38,103 nt of DNA from a virus. Below the pieces are notes generated by a model. It worked only from the letters and a program-made list of their open reading frames with translations, searched no databases and had not been told where the DNA came from. The position numbers and the translations under genes are program-made. Where the stretch lies: UHGV virus genome UHGV-0235457; one strand, given 5' to 3'. Positions 8,581-18,678 of this stretch are shown piece after piece; position 1 is the first letter of the stretch, and every line of letters begins with the position of its first letter.

Positions 8581-9156
8581 CTGACTCTTCTCTATTGTTC
8601 CGCTTGATTCTCCTGCGGGGTGGTAACGATAAATCGTCGATGTACCAATGCCGTAAATTATTGCCAGTTGTTTTCTGTCGTGACCGTTTTTAATCAGCCT
8701 TGCTATTTGCTCATGCTGTTCTTTTGTCAGCTTCGGTCGACGTCCGCCTGTGCGCCCCCGTGCGCGCGCTGCCGCCAGTCCGGCCAGTGTACGTTCAACA
8801 ATTAATTCACGTTCCATTTCAGCCAGGGCACCCATCACGTGGAAGAAGAAACGCCCCATTGGAGAAGATGTATCTATGCTGTCGGTCAGACTGCGAAAAT
8901 TAATCCCTCGTTCCCGTAGTTCCCCGACGAGAGAAATCAGATGTTTCATGCTTCGCCCGAGGCGATCCAGTTTCCAGACAACCAGCGTGTCACCTTTTTG
9001 AAGGCGCTTTAAAGCGCGTTTTAATCCCGGTCGGTCTGTCTTTGTCCCGCTTAATTTATCTTCAAATATTTGTTCACATCCTGCACAAACAAGAGCGTTT
9101 CGTTGCAGGTCTGTATTCTGGTCATTTGTTGATACCCTTACATAGCCAATCAGCAC
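8569..9156 (-). CDS. Serine-recombinase DNA invertase (Gin/Hin/Cin/Pin family)
   Basis: LIGYVRVSTNDQ N-terminus with catalytic Ser, C-terminal HTH; likely GTG start at 9156 with GGGAGA RBS (ORF track begins at 9174). Confidence 0.9.
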   Translation of the reverse strand: MLIGYVRVSTNDQNTDLQRNALVCAGCEQIFEDKLSGTKTDRPGLKRALKRLQKGDTLVVWKLDRLGRSMKHLISLVGELRERGINFRSLTDSIDTSSPMGRFFFHVMGALAEMERELIVERTLAGLAAARARGRTGGRRPKLTKEQHEQIARLIKNGHDRKQLAIIYGIGTSTIYRYHPAGESSGTIEKSQKTK

Positions 9157-9210
9157 GCTGAATCTCCCGTCCAAAAGCGTAAATCATGCCATGCAGGTCA
9201 GAAACGGCCA

Positions 9211-9236
9211 TTATCTAAAACCTCGGTTTACAGGAA
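9211..9236. other. Invertase crossover site (gix/hix-like), invertase-proximal
   Basis: TTATCTAAAACCTCGGTTTACAGGAA; inverted copy at 12275-12300; close to the Mu gix sequence as I recall it. Confidence 0.8.
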
Positions 9237-10172
9237 ACGGTAAATCAGGCTTCTGGCGCATTACAGAAAAACCAGAACGGCGCAGATATTCCAGGAAAAG
9301 ATACCTTCACAAAAAATATTGGTGCATGTCGCGCTTTTCACAGTGCTATTAGTACAGGGGCAGGGAACTGGACAACGGCACAATTGATTGAATGGCTGGA
9401 TTCTCAAGGGGCATTCAATCACCCATACTGGATGTGCAAATGTTCATGGTCATACGGCAATAATAAAATTATTACCGATACTGGCTGTGGAACTATTCAT
9501 CTTGCAGGTTGCGTTATTGAGGTTATGGGTAATAAAGGTGCCATGACCATCCGTGTAACCACCCCGAGCACTTCCAGCGGTGGCGGAACTACTAATGCAC
9601 AATTTACTTATATAAACCACGGTGGAGATTATGCGCCAGGCTGGCGGCGTGACTACAGTACCAAAAATCAGCAGCCTGCATTTGCTTTAGGGCAGACAGG
9701 AAGCACTGTTGGAAATGACAAAGCTGTTGGATGGAACTCAAATAGCGGCGTTTATAATGCGACTATTAGTGGAGCGTCAACATTGATTCTTCACTTTAAT
9801 ATGAATGCGGGGAGTTGCCCGGCGGTTCAGTTCCGTGTGAATTATAAGAACGGCGGTATTTATTATCGTTCAGCGCGAGATGGTTATGGATTTGAGGCTG
9901 ACTGGTCAGAGTTTTATACCACAACCCGCAAACCCTCTGCGGGAGATGTTGGTGCATATACCAAAGCTGAATCGGATTCTCGCTATGTACGAGATATTCG
10001 CCTGGGCACTCGTGTTGTTCAGACCATGCAAAAAGGCGTGATGTATGAGAAATCAGGTCATGTAATTACAGGGCTTGGCATTGTCGGCGAAGTTGATGGC
10101 GATGATCCGGCAGTATTCAGACCAATACAAAAATACATTAATGGCACATGGTATAACGTGGCGCAGGTGTAA
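9222..10172 (+). CDS. Alternative tail-fibre C-terminal domain cassette, silent in this orientation
   Basis: Frame open from the crossover site; ...LGLQETVNQ... continues in phase with the H constant region after inversion; C-terminus [14 protein letters not shown] parallels the current fibre end. Confidence 0.75.
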   Translation, partial: LGLQETVNQASGALQKNQNGADIPGKDTFTKNIGACRAFHSAISTGAGNWTTAQLIEWLDSQGAFNHPYWMCKCSWSYGNNKIITDTGCGTIHLAGCVIEVMGNKGAMTIRVTTPSTSSGGGTTNAQFTYINHGGDYAPGWRRDYSTKNQQPAFALGQTGSTVGNDKAVGWNSNSGVYNATISGASTLILHFNMNAGSCPAVQFRVNYKNGGIYYRSARDGYGFEADWSEFYTTTRKPSAGDVGAYTKAESDSRYVRDIRLGTRVVQTMQKGVMYEKSGHVITGLGIVGEVDGDDPAVFRPIQKYINGTWYNVAQV

Positions 10173-10175
10173 CTT

Positions 10176-10709
10176 ATGCAGCATTTAAAAAACATTAAGT
10201 CAGGTAATCCAAAAACAAAAGAGCAATATCAGCTAGCAAAGAATTTTGATGTTATCTGGTTATGGTCAGAAGATGGAAAAAATTGGTATGAGGAATTAAA
10301 AAACTTTCAGGAAGATACAATAAAACTGGCTTACACAGTTGAGGGAATAATTGTTGCTATGGACAAGGATGTATCGGCAATTAATCCAGAAGGTTTAAGT
10401 GTCGTTGAGTTGCCTGATATTACAGCAAATCGCCGGGCTGATATTTCGGGTAAATGGATGTTCAAAGATGGCGTAGTGATAAAGCGAACTTATACCGAGG
10501 AGGAACAGAGGCAGCAGGCAGAGAATGAAAAGCAAAGCCTGTTGCAACTTGTCAGGGATAAAACCCAGCTATGGGGCTCACAGCTACGGCTGGGCATCAT
10601 TTCCGACGAGAATAAACAAAAATTAACCGAGTGGATGCTCTATGCGCAGAAAGTCGAATCTACAGACACCTCCAGCCTGCCAGTAACATTTCCCGAACAA
10701 CCTGAATGA
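10176..10709 (+). CDS. Tail fibre assembly chaperone, partner of the alternative cassette
   Basis: 177 aa; N-terminus [11 protein letters not shown] and central DITANRRAD motif parallel the paralog at 10738-11265. Confidence 0.8.
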   Translation: MQHLKNIKSGNPKTKEQYQLAKNFDVIWLWSEDGKNWYEELKNFQEDTIKLAYTVEGIIVAMDKDVSAINPEGLSVVELPDITANRRADISGKWMFKDGVVIKRTYTEEEQRQQAENEKQSLLQLVRDKTQLWGSQLRLGIISDENKQKLTEWMLYAQKVESTDTSSLPVTFPEQPE

Positions 10710-10712
10710 GAC

Positions 10713-10737
10713 AAGGCCCGATAGCGGGCCTTAATTT
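10713..10737. terminator. Bidirectional terminator between the two convergent assembly-chaperone genes
   Basis: AAGGCCCG-ATAG-CGGGCCTT hairpin flanked by A/T runs. Confidence 0.55.
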
Positions 10738-11265
10738 TTATTCAGGCTTTTGTGGCCATTCAGGATTTGCCGTATCCACACGGCTGACCAGAACACTGTA
10801 GCGTTCCCATGCTTCCAGTCGTGTGCGTTCCTCGTCTGTTGCCATATTCAGCCTGACAGCGCGTTCCAGCGGCTGGATGACTGATTCAGCTTCGGAAAGC
10901 AATGCGGCCTTTTGTGATTCGGCTTGTTGTTGCTGTTCGTCTGCCGTATAAATCCGTTTAACCACAGCTCCATCCTTAAACATCCACTTTCCTGAATCAT
11001 CAGCGCGGCGGTTGGCTGTAATATCTGGAACCTCAACGACGCTAAAACCTTCAGGGTTAAGCGTGGAGGCATCTTTAGTGATGGCGACAATAATATTATT
11101 TGCATCGTAAACAATCTTTATTGTGTCTGGCTGAAAGTTTTTCACTTCCTCATACCAGTTTTTTCCGTCCTCAGAGTAAAGCCAGATAACTCCGTGTTTC
11201 TTTGTTAACTCATACTGTTCCAGTGTTTTAGCGTTACCCGCTTTTATGTTCTTTAAGTGCATCAT
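10738..11265 (-). CDS. Tail fibre assembly chaperone (P2 gpG-like), expressed orientation
   Basis: 175 aa directly downstream of the fibre gene. Confidence 0.85.
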   Translation of the reverse strand: MMHLKNIKAGNAKTLEQYELTKKHGVIWLYSEDGKNWYEEVKNFQPDTIKIVYDANNIIVAITKDASTLNPEGFSVVEVPDITANRRADDSGKWMFKDGAVVKRIYTADEQQQQAESQKAALLSEAESVIQPLERAVRLNMATDEERTRLEAWERYSVLVSRVDTANPEWPQKPE

Positions 11266-11266
11266 A

Positions 11267-13564
11267 TTAAACGCTCGCTACATTATACCAGGTGCCATTT
11301 ATATACTTTTGAACGGGTCTGTAATAAACGCCCGCTATATTATCGGCAGAGTTGGCCCCTGTATCCTGAACATTAATACCAGACAATACATGACCTGACG
11401 GGCACTGGAAATTCCATGTTTGCCAGTTGTTCACTCCATAATATTGCTGTGAACCAAGTCGAACATCTTTCACATATCTGGAATCAAAATTGCCATAGTT
11501 GCCGGGAATAACTTGCGAGCCGCAAAGCCAGTTCCCGTTATTATCCATGTACGCCTGACCATCGGTACCATTGGCTGTCCTTGAGTTATTAATCATGTAG
11601 ATGCCAAATTGCTTATTCCCCAGTCCACCAATCATAAATTTGCGATCAGCGTGGTCCTGACGAAGTAATGCCTGCGCACCATCGGTGGATACCGCATTGC
11701 GTCCCAAAATAACATTCTGGTCACGCATATGAATCCACATGCCGGTACTACTGTTAATTGCAAAACGGTTTGCAAATATATCCCCTGTAACATCAAGACC
11801 ATGCCCCATGCTTATCCGACCAGTTCTAAGGTTAATCGTAAAGGGGCGTAATGGCCCTATATCACCATTTTCTCCCTCATTCTCTCGTGTAGGGATGATA
11901 TGCAGGCATTCTTCAGAACGGCGAAAAATGGCACCAAAAGATGAATTAAATATCCTCAGTGCATTGACTGTCGATATTTTTACTTCACTGCTGAAAAGGG
12001 CTTTAACAAGAACAGACAAAGCATCCCATTTAAGATTCATCAGGTCTTTTGTTGTGGTGCTTTGTTTGCTTCTCCATTTGAAATATTCATTGCCGTTGTC
12101 GCCTGTTTCAAACCACATGTATGAATCAGTGTCACCATCGGCATCATTTTTAAATCCAATCTTCGCCCAGTCAGTATTTCGAATCCAGGCAAGGATTGAG
12201 TCATTTTCAAAAGTAAGCCCACCGGACAAGGTATCGCCATTTTTTTGCACGGCGTTACCAGCCCTGTTTACCGTTTCCTGTAAACCGAGGTATTCGATAA
12301 CGGCAGCAACGGTCGATTTCGCAAGAATATCCCGCCCGACTTTTGTCAGGGTTGCCAGGCTGGCGACATCATTCCCCGTAAAATACGGAAACTTGTCTGC
12401 AGCAGTAGCAAGCCCGGCCAGCGCCGTCAGGGTGGCATCTTTCGGTTGCTTACCCGCAAGCGCGTTAGTCATGGTGGTCGCAAAATTCGGGTCGTTTCCC
12501 AGCGCCGCCGCTAACTCGTTCAGCGTATTCAGTGCGTCAGGTGACGAATCTACAAGGGCGGCAATCGCAGCCATAACGAAAGCCGTGCTTGCGATTTGGG
12601 TATTATTCGTTCCCTGTCGCGCAGTTGGCGTTGTTGGCGTTCCGGTCAACGCAGGACTGTTTAAGGGCGCTTTCTTGTTCGTTTCATCCATTACCGCCTT
12701 GACCGCTTTCGATGTCGCGGCCAGTGTTTCAGACGTGCTGTTGGTGGCACTACTGAGCTGGACTATCCCTTTTTGTGCCGTCGTGGCGTCCTGAGCGGTA
12801 TATTTTGCGTTAGCAAGGTCATACGCGGCCTTTACTGCTTTCGGCGTTGCAGCCTGCGTTTCAGACGTGCTGTTGGTTGCACTGCTGAGCTGGACTATCC
12901 CTTTTCGTGCCGTCGTGGCGTCCTGAGCGGTATATTTTCCGTTAGCCAGGTCATACGCGGCCTTAACCGCTTTCGGCGTTGCAGCCTGCGTTTCAGACAC
13001 GCTGTTAGTGGCGCTACTGAGTTGAACAAAGCCTTTTGCGTTCAGCGAGGCGTCCGGGTGACGTCGTGACTGTTCATGCTCTTTCAGTTTGTCATCCACG
13101 TAATCCACTGTGGCCATCACCATGGTGTTATCCACGGTAAGTGCCACGGTGGCAGTGCTGGATACGGTCAGAATGGTGCGAAATGTTTGTGCACGACCGG
13201 ACCCTTCGGCAACGGCTGGCTTGTAACTTTCGGCAGTATTGCCCACCGCGATTAAATCGCCGTGCTCATCAAATACACCAATTTCCCGGATCCAGAATCC
13301 GCCCGTTTCTGGAGGAATAACCAGCTCTGCAATAATGCGGTTCTGATGTGTTGCGTCCAGGATGACGCGATTAACAGTATGTCGCCACACCTCATGCACC
13401 AGACGGGTCTGCTTACTGTCTGGCGTGGGCAATGTACCGCCACCGTCGCCCACGGCCATATGAGTCAGGCGGACAGGCTTACCATCTGGCGCGGCTGCCT
13501 GAGCTAATTTTTTGGCACCCGTATCGGTGATAACGGTTTTAAATTTACGTGTTGTGGTACTCAT
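11267..13564 (-). CDS. Tail fibre protein (P2 gpH-like); constant N-terminal ~426 codons, variable C-terminus inside the invertible segment
   Basis: 765 aa; internal fibre repeats; crossover site at codons encoding [10 protein letters not shown]. Confidence 0.9.
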   Translation of the reverse strand: MSTTTRKFKTVITDTGAKKLAQAAAPDGKPVRLTHMAVGDGGGTLPTPDSKQTRLVHEVWRHTVNRVILDATHQNRIIAELVIPPETGGFWIREIGVFDEHGDLIAVGNTAESYKPAVAEGSGRAQTFRTILTVSSTATVALTVDNTMVMATVDYVDDKLKEHEQSRRHPDASLNAKGFVQLSSATNSVSETQAATPKAVKAAYDLANGKYTAQDATTARKGIVQLSSATNSTSETQAATPKAVKAAYDLANAKYTAQDATTAQKGIVQLSSATNSTSETLAATSKAVKAVMDETNKKAPLNSPALTGTPTTPTARQGTNNTQIASTAFVMAAIAALVDSSPDALNTLNELAAALGNDPNFATTMTNALAGKQPKDATLTALAGLATAADKFPYFTGNDVASLATLTKVGRDILAKSTVAAVIEYLGLQETVNRAGNAVQKNGDTLSGGLTFENDSILAWIRNTDWAKIGFKNDADGDTDSYMWFETGDNGNEYFKWRSKQSTTTKDLMNLKWDALSVLVKALFSSEVKISTVNALRIFNSSFGAIFRRSEECLHIIPTRENEGENGDIGPLRPFTINLRTGRISMGHGLDVTGDIFANRFAINSSTGMWIHMRDQNVILGRNAVSTDGAQALLRQDHADRKFMIGGLGNKQFGIYMINNSRTANGTDGQAYMDNNGNWLCGSQVIPGNYGNFDSRYVKDVRLGSQQYYGVNNWQTWNFQCPSGHVLSGINVQDTGANSADNIAGVYYRPVQKYINGTWYNVASV
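12275..12300. other. Invertase crossover site (gix/hix-like) inside the fibre gene
   Basis: TTCCTGTAAACCGAGGTATTCGATAA, inverted relative to 9211-9236. Confidence 0.8.
12680..13030. repeat. Three tandem ~129-bp coding repeats in the fibre shaft (phage tail fibre repeat)
   Basis: Units encode [41 protein letters not shown]; near-identical DNA copies visible. Confidence 0.8.
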
Positions 13565-13566
13565 GC

Positions 13567-14097
13567 TTAATCGTCCGGATAAATGGTAATGACTTCACCG
13601 TCGTAAGTTGCTGCCGCCGCGAAAATATCTCCCGGGATCTCCTGAATGATATTCAGCCCTGTCATGTGGCGGCTGACCGGGCGGGCATCAGCAATCAACC
13701 GCTCCATTTCCAGATACATTTCCTCCGTCACGCCACTGTCCAGCGTGCCGACTTCAACGGTAAATGTTCCCGGTTCTCCGCCGAACTCCCACCACTCAGA
13801 CACGCGAATGAGGTACCCCAGCGGCTCAATGGCCCGGCGCAGTGCGCTGATGGTTCCCTTGTGTCGGTGTATCAGCCATGCATCACGAATCACCTGTCGC
13901 TTTGTCTCTTCCGGCCAGTTGCGATCCCAGCGGTCAACGGAAAATGCCCAGGCGAGATAAGGCAGCAGATGCACCGGGCAGGTGTCCGGCGACCACAGCG
14001 TGTTGAGGTCTACCGGAATGTCTGTAATGCGCGCTCCGACAGCTTCGGCGCAACGCATGAAACTGCTGGCTGATGGCGGTAACAGTGAATTACTCAT
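13567..14097 (-). CDS. Baseplate/tail protein gpI-like
   Basis: Internal ATG at 14097 gives 8-bp overlap with upstream J; 176 aa. Confidence 0.8.
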   Translation of the reverse strand: MSNSLLPPSASSFMRCAEAVGARITDIPVDLNTLWSPDTCPVHLLPYLAWAFSVDRWDRNWPEETKRQVIRDAWLIHRHKGTISALRRAIEPLGYLIRVSEWWEFGGEPGTFTVEVGTLDSGVTEEMYLEMERLIADARPVSRHMTGLNIIQEIPGDIFAAAATYDGEVITIYPDD

Positions 14098-14986
14098 TAC
14101 GCCCACCTTCGCTGATGGTGAATGACTCACAGCGCGCCGCCTGTATGTCGCTGATGGCCATATTCTGTGTGGGTTCGATTATCTCCACGCGTTGCACACC
14201 GTGCACATGCAGTGCGGCAGCAATGGCGGACAACGCCACGTCCTGACCGATAAGCCCCTGCTCAGCCAGCCACTTCCTGAACGACGATTCAGCCGCAGCC
14301 AGAATAGGTTCGGATTCCGGGCCGGGATAAAAGTACAGTTTTGCATTCAGCCGCCATGTCACGATTCTTGCACTCTGTACGGTCAGGCGGTCGGCCACCG
14401 GGCGGGTATCCTCTGCATTCAGAACGGCGCGAACGGTATTAAGCAACGCCTCCGTTGCTGTGCCGTCGCCTTCAGTGGACAGGATGGAAACCGTCACATT
14501 TGCCGGAGACGGACTGATAGCCCGCGCATCACGCACCAGACCGCTGGCGCTGCGGGCAAAATACTCGTATGCACCTGACGGGCCAGCAACACTCAGGCCG
14601 TCATACGCCCGCTGCGCCCGCAGTCTCAGCGAGGTGTCGCTCTCCATCACCGCGTCGGTGGTATCCGTTGCCGGAGTGATAACCAGGCGCTTTGTGTTCA
14701 TATTGCCCGCGAGGTTGTCCAGGTTTGTCCCTGAACCGTGGCTTAACATACAGGCGCGTGCGCCCTCGTTAACCCGCTGGCGTAACAGCATTTCACGAAA
14801 CGACATGGTTTGAGCGATAACGTTAAGGGGTTCCGACTCCAGCTCCAGCGCGGCGGAAACGGCTTCACGCTGTTCGGCGGGATAGGACGCAATCATCATG
14901 GCCTTTGTGTCAGCCAGAATTGCCTCAAAGTCAGGCTCCGCGATGATGGCGGGTTCCGGTAACTGTGAAAGGTCAACGGCGGGCAT
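14090..14986 (-). CDS. Baseplate assembly protein gpJ-like
   Basis: 298 aa; synteny W-J-I-H. Confidence 0.85.
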   Translation of the reverse strand: MPAVDLSQLPEPAIIAEPDFEAILADTKAMMIASYPAEQREAVSAALELESEPLNVIAQTMSFREMLLRQRVNEGARACMLSHGSGTNLDNLAGNMNTKRLVITPATDTTDAVMESDTSLRLRAQRAYDGLSVAGPSGAYEYFARSASGLVRDARAISPSPANVTVSILSTEGDGTATEALLNTVRAVLNAEDTRPVADRLTVQSARIVTWRLNAKLYFYPGPESEPILAAAESSFRKWLAEQGLIGQDVALSAIAAALHVHGVQRVEIIEPTQNMAISDIQAARCESFTISEGGRNE

Positions 14987-14989
14987 GAT

Positions 14990-15340
14990 TTACTCCCTCA
15001 GCGTGATGGTTAATTCAACATTCTGCATGGTCTGCATGACAGTGCCCGACAGCGTCACCCCGGCGCGGCCTCCCGCTTTCCAGACAACGTCGATGGCATC
15101 CAGGGCAATGCGGGGTTCCCATCGTGTCAGCGCAATCACGGCAGCACTCATGCATTGCAGACGCGTGGTGTTATTCATGGGTTCGTCAATCAAATCAGGC
15201 ACAAGGCTGCCATATTCCCGTCGCATAACCCGGCTTGCCAGCGGGGTGGTCAGGATGTCCCTGACTGACTGTTTCAGGTGCTCCGTATCGTTCAGGTTTC
15301 CCGTTCCGTCCGGGTTCATTCCTGTGTAGCGGGTTGTCAC
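14990..15340 (-). CDS. Baseplate protein gpW-like
   Basis: 116 aa; synteny. Confidence 0.8.
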   Translation of the reverse strand: MTTRYTGMNPDGTGNLNDTEHLKQSVRDILTTPLASRVMRREYGSLVPDLIDEPMNNTTRLQCMSAAVIALTRWEPRIALDAIDVVWKAGGRAGVTLSGTVMQTMQNVELTITLRE

Positions 15341-15918
15341 TGCGGGCCTCCTGTCGAATCGCTGCCACCTTTAACGCCACCGTGTTTATGCGTATGCACA
15401 GTGATGCCGTTTGAGGTGAAGTCGCCGCCGCTGTGCGTGATATTGCCGCTCATCTTTCCCCCTTTTGTGACGTCAATCTCGGCTGTTTTCAGAAGGTTTG
15501 TGCATTCCACGACAGGCGTGTCCAGTGTCACACTGACGGATGCCTGCAGGGTGGCTGTTTTCATGCCGCTGGCGCTCAGTGCGCCTGCGTCTGCGTCGTA
15601 GCGGAACACCGCGCCATCCGGCGCGCTGACCACGATTTCTTTCAGGCTTTTGCCGGGGGCAGGAATGGCATCACTCCACAGGCTGCCGATTATCATGGCG
15701 GTTTCCGGATTGCCGCCGATGCAGGCAATTACCACCTGTTCGCCAGGTGATGGCGGCAGCCATACATTGAAGGCTCCCGCGCGCGTGGTGCTCCAGCGCA
15801 GCCAGCCTGTTTCCAGTTCGCCACTGCGAACGCGAACGCGCCAGGACTTCTCATCAACTTCAGAGATGATCCCGGTGCGGATGATATTGCTCAGCAGTCG
15901 CATGAGTTCTGCGCTCAC
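15337..15918 (-). CDS. Baseplate spike/assembly protein gpV-like
   Basis: 193 aa; Gly-rich C-terminus; 4-bp overlaps with neighbours. Confidence 0.8.
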   Translation of the reverse strand: MSAELMRLLSNIIRTGIISEVDEKSWRVRVRSGELETGWLRWSTTRAGAFNVWLPPSPGEQVVIACIGGNPETAMIIGSLWSDAIPAPGKSLKEIVVSAPDGAVFRYDADAGALSASGMKTATLQASVSVTLDTPVVECTNLLKTAEIDVTKGGKMSGNITHSGGDFTSNGITVHTHKHGGVKGGSDSTGGPQ

Positions 15919-16559
15919 CGTACAGCCTCCGCAATCCGGCCCAGCACCGTGTTATAAATCAGGCGTTCATCTGCCTGACTGATACCCAGCAGCTCACGTA
16001 CCGGGTAATCGGTGAAAATGCCCGGCGCAACCTGATCGCGCTCGCCGAACTGATGAACGCGTGCAATACGTGCGGCCACGCCGCTGTAACCCACCGTCAC
16101 ACCGGAAGCATCTGCACGGGCTTTCAGGTAGCGGGCGGTGCGCAGTTTTACGAACATGGGGACGCGCTTTGTGCTGTCCTGGTTGATGCGCCGGGTGCGT
16201 ATTTCCAGAAAACGGTCGATGTCATCCCGGTAAAACGTGCGGATATTGTTTTTATCCTCATCCCACCCGGTAATGGTTCGCCCGTATTTCCCCGTGTCGT
16301 GATGCCAGTTTTTCAGCGTGCGTGCTTCGTTATTCCAGATAAAGCGAATGCGCTCCTGTATCCGGGTTACGCGGCGTCTGCGTGGTGTCCATGCAGTCCC
16401 GTCCGGCGCTTTCTGTGACCGGATACGTGCCTGCTGGGCGCGACGTAAATCCTGTGCCAGCTTTCTGGCGATGTTATTGATGGCCTGCTGATTCAGGCTG
16501 TCGCGGATAGCCTCAAAGGTTTCATCCACGCGGGTGAATGCCTTATCCATCGCTTTCAC
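15915..16559 (-). CDS. Virion morphogenesis/tail completion protein gpS-like
   Basis: 214 aa; position between R and V. Confidence 0.7.
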   Translation of the reverse strand: MKAMDKAFTRVDETFEAIRDSLNQQAINNIARKLAQDLRRAQQARIRSQKAPDGTAWTPRRRRVTRIQERIRFIWNNEARTLKNWHHDTGKYGRTITGWDEDKNNIRTFYRDDIDRFLEIRTRRINQDSTKRVPMFVKLRTARYLKARADASGVTVGYSGVAARIARVHQFGERDQVAPGIFTDYPVRELLGISQADERLIYNTVLGRIAEAVR

Positions 16560-17010
16560 CCCACGTCACATCCTGGAATACATGCGACCAGTCGCCTTCG
16601 GAAGATGGCAGGCGGGGTTTTGGCTCCGACAGGTGTTCTGCTTGCGGTGTGCCCTGACTGCTGCGCGTGATGCGAACGCGTTCCCGCAGGGGGAGCGTAA
16701 ACAGGAGATCGGCGCTGTCATCGTCATTGATAACGGCGGAGAATTTGATGTCCTGATTACGCTCAGGGTTGAGCAACAACTGTGGCTGATTTTCGGATAA
16801 CCACGCCAGCAGCGGCAGCGTGAGGTCGTCCAGCTCCCCGGCGTAATCCATGACAAACATCACCATCTGATAGCGGTAAACAAACGAGGGAGTTTCTCCG
16901 GTCGTTTCAATGTTGCCGCTCTCCACGAAAATGGTGAATTTTTCCGGGTTGGCCTGACACCATCGGCATGAACGGGTCATGGCTTCACGCAGGGAATCAG
17001 TTTTCAGCAT
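16543..17010 (-). CDS. Tail completion protein gpR-like
   Basis: 155 aa; follows lysis cassette as in P2. Confidence 0.75.
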   Translation of the reverse strand: MLKTDSLREAMTRSCRWCQANPEKFTIFVESGNIETTGETPSFVYRYQMVMFVMDYAGELDDLTLPLLAWLSENQPQLLLNPERNQDIKFSAVINDDDSADLLFTLPLRERVRITRSSQGTPQAEHLSEPKPRLPSSEGDWSHVFQDVTWGESDG

Positions 17011-17287
17011 GGTTGTTGTCCTCGTTGTTCAGTCGTTGCAGCCTGCGCTGTTCCAGTAATTCAATGGCCCGTTTATCTGCGTTACAGGTTTCCAGTGCAT
17101 CCAGAAGGCGGTCGCCCCATATACCGAGATTTCCCCATGTGGGAGTGTCAGGGAAGGGGGGAGGCGTTACCGGTATGGTCAGCGTCTGCGGTATAAGCCG
17201 GACTGACGGCGCTGGCCGTGGCGCGTTCTGCGTGCCTGCGCAACCTGTCAGTAAAACGAGCATCAGGCAAAGCGTGGGCGCATTCAT
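16997..17287 (-). CDS. Outer-membrane spanin lipoprotein (Rz1/LysC-like)
   Basis: Internal ATG gives MNAPTLCLMLVLLTGC with lipobox LLTGC, Pro-rich body; overlaps the 3' end of the i-spanin gene in another frame. Confidence 0.7.
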   Translation of the reverse strand: MNAPTLCLMLVLLTGCAGTQNAPRPAPSVRLIPQTLTIPVTPPPFPDTPTWGNLGIWGDRLLDALETCNADKRAIELLEQRRLQRLNNEDNNHAEN

Positions 17288-17555
17288 CTTTTGCAATATC
17301 GTTGCGTAGCTGTTCACGTCTGGCTTCTCCGTCCTGATTGCGTTGCTGATTTTCCACGCGGAGTTGCGCCAGCACCTGCTGCATATCCTGTACCCCGGTG
17401 CTGATGATATTCAGGGTGTCGACGGTACTTTTCAGGGTGCTGGCCTGCGCTTCGTTTCTGGCGTTCTCCCGGCCCAGCGACCACGACAGACGCATGGATG
17501 TTCCCCATGCGGCAATCAGAAGAAAAGCGACGCCCAGAGAAGCCCATAACTTCAT
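17148..17555 (-). CDS. Inner-membrane spanin (Rz/LysB-like)
   Basis: N-terminal TM segment, coiled-coil Q/R-rich body; start overlaps endolysin stop. Confidence 0.7.
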   Translation of the reverse strand: MKLWASLGVAFLLIAAWGTSMRLSWSLGRENARNEAQASTLKSTVDTLNIISTGVQDMQQVLAQLRVENQQRNQDGEARREQLRNDIAKDECAHALPDARFTDRLRRHAERATASAVSPAYTADADHTGNASPLP

Positions 17556-18097
17556 GCTGCCACGCGTTCCTTTATCCAGCCGTAGACAAACGATTCGTTG
17601 GCTTCGCGTTTTTCCGCCAGCTCCAGATAGCGTTCACCCTGTGTACAGTTCAGTGCTGTTAACATCACCATCTCGCCGTCCCGACCGCGTTTTTCCAGAT
17701 ATGCACGCAATGCGTTAATCGTGCGTGGGCCAGTGCGTCCGTCCGTGTCCATATCGGGATACAGTTTCCCGCCCTGATTGAATGCGTTCAGCCAGCGCTG
17801 AAGCATTCTGGTTGCCACAGACGGTCCCATATTTACTCCGGTGTCACACAGTTCTGCGGCAATATCCGGGGACAGCTTCGCTATCTGATCAAAACGCGGT
17901 CCGTACCAGTAATCAGCTTCAAGGATTTCCAGTGCCTGTCCGCGCGTTAAATCACGCATATCGCCACGGTATCCGTGCGCCCGTGCCACCTTTTCAGTGA
18001 TGCCCCATTTTGTCGGACCGCCTCTGTCATCCGGGTGATTGACGTAGCCGCCTTCTTTGCCCAGAACGGCATCAAAAATTTCGTCTTTCGATTTCAT
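17552..18097 (-). CDS. Endolysin, GH108-type muramidase with C-terminal peptidoglycan-binding domain
   Basis: 181 aa; N-terminal region resembles glycoside hydrolase family 108 as recalled; position in lysis cassette. Confidence 0.8.
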   Translation of the reverse strand: MKSKDEIFDAVLGKEGGYVNHPDDRGGPTKWGITEKVARAHGYRGDMRDLTRGQALEILEADYWYGPRFDQIAKLSPDIAAELCDTGVNMGPSVATRMLQRWLNAFNQGGKLYPDMDTDGRTGPRTINALRAYLEKRGRDGEMVMLTALNCTQGERYLELAEKREANESFVYGWIKERVAA

Positions 18098-18151
18098 TTC
18101 GTCACCCCTGTGAACAATTTTTATGGTGATAGTCAGCGTTAAGTCTGTGAC

Positions 18152-18475
18152 TTATTCATCCTCGCTTTTGGTTCTGCGATTAAAGGCCGCAATAACCTTG
18201 TCGCGTGCTTTCTCTGCGCCCATAAAACCGATTGATGCGCCGATAAACGTCACGGCATCTTCAGGAAAACCGAAGAAGCGCAACGACCCGGCCACGGCCA
18301 TGGCAAGAACGCCGCACGCCAGCGATCCCGTTACGGTCTGAACCAGTGTTCGTCCGTCATAAAGACTCATCAGCGCGGAAATGCTGACCGCCGCGCCTGC
18401 TGCATACACCGTTGGCAGGTGGTCAAAGAGCCACGCAATAACCTGCTCTGTGATCCCTGTTTGAATGGTGCTCAC
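18152..18475 (-). CDS. Holin (probable GTG start)
   Basis: GTG at 18475 preceded by GGGGGGAG; 107 aa with three hydrophobic segments and charged C-terminus; sits between X and endolysin. Confidence 0.6.
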   Translation of the reverse strand: MSTIQTGITEQVIAWLFDHLPTVYAAGAAVSISALMSLYDGRTLVQTVTGSLACGVLAMAVAGSLRFFGFPEDAVTFIGASIGFMGAEKARDKVIAAFNRRTKSEDE

Positions 18476-18477
18476 TG

Positions 18478-18678
18478 CTACTCCCCCCACAACTGAATCA
18501 TTTCTCGTTTCTTCTTCTCCGGCTCCGGCATCTCCACTTCCTGCCCGGCGTCCAGAAATACCTGCTGACAGAGTCCGGGGTTGGCATCCAGCACCTTTTC
18601 GGTGACGCCCTGCGTCGTGCCGTAGTACCGGAAACAGAGCGAATCCACGGTGTCGCCTTCCAGTGCCTTCACTTTCAT
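18478..18678 (-). CDS. Tail protein gpX-like
   Basis: Internal ATG 18678 overlapping the L stop; MKVKALEGDTVDSLCFRYYG resembles P2 X as recalled. Confidence 0.75.
   Translation of the reverse strand: MKVKALEGDTVDSLCFRYYGTTQGVTEKVLDANPGLCQQVFLDAGQEVEMPEPEKKKREMIQLWGE

Larger units (their letters stand above)
9224..12287. other. Invertible ~3.06 kb tail-fibre segment (Mu G-segment-like)
   Basis: Bounded by inverted 26-bp sites; contains two convergent sets of fibre C-terminus plus assembly chaperone. Confidence 0.8.

Noticed and set aside
8620-9001. Three small plus-strand ORFs (61-83 aa) within the invertase gene
   Set aside because: Antisense to a clearly conserved serine recombinase gene
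11739-12794. 351-aa plus-strand ORF inside the tail fibre gene
   Set aside because: Antisense shadow of the fibre gene; low-complexity Ser/Ala/Val-rich translation
12680-13030. Tandem repeats as a possible CRISPR array
   Set aside because: Repeats are contiguous without unique spacers, in-frame within the fibre gene, and encode a recognisable fibre repeat
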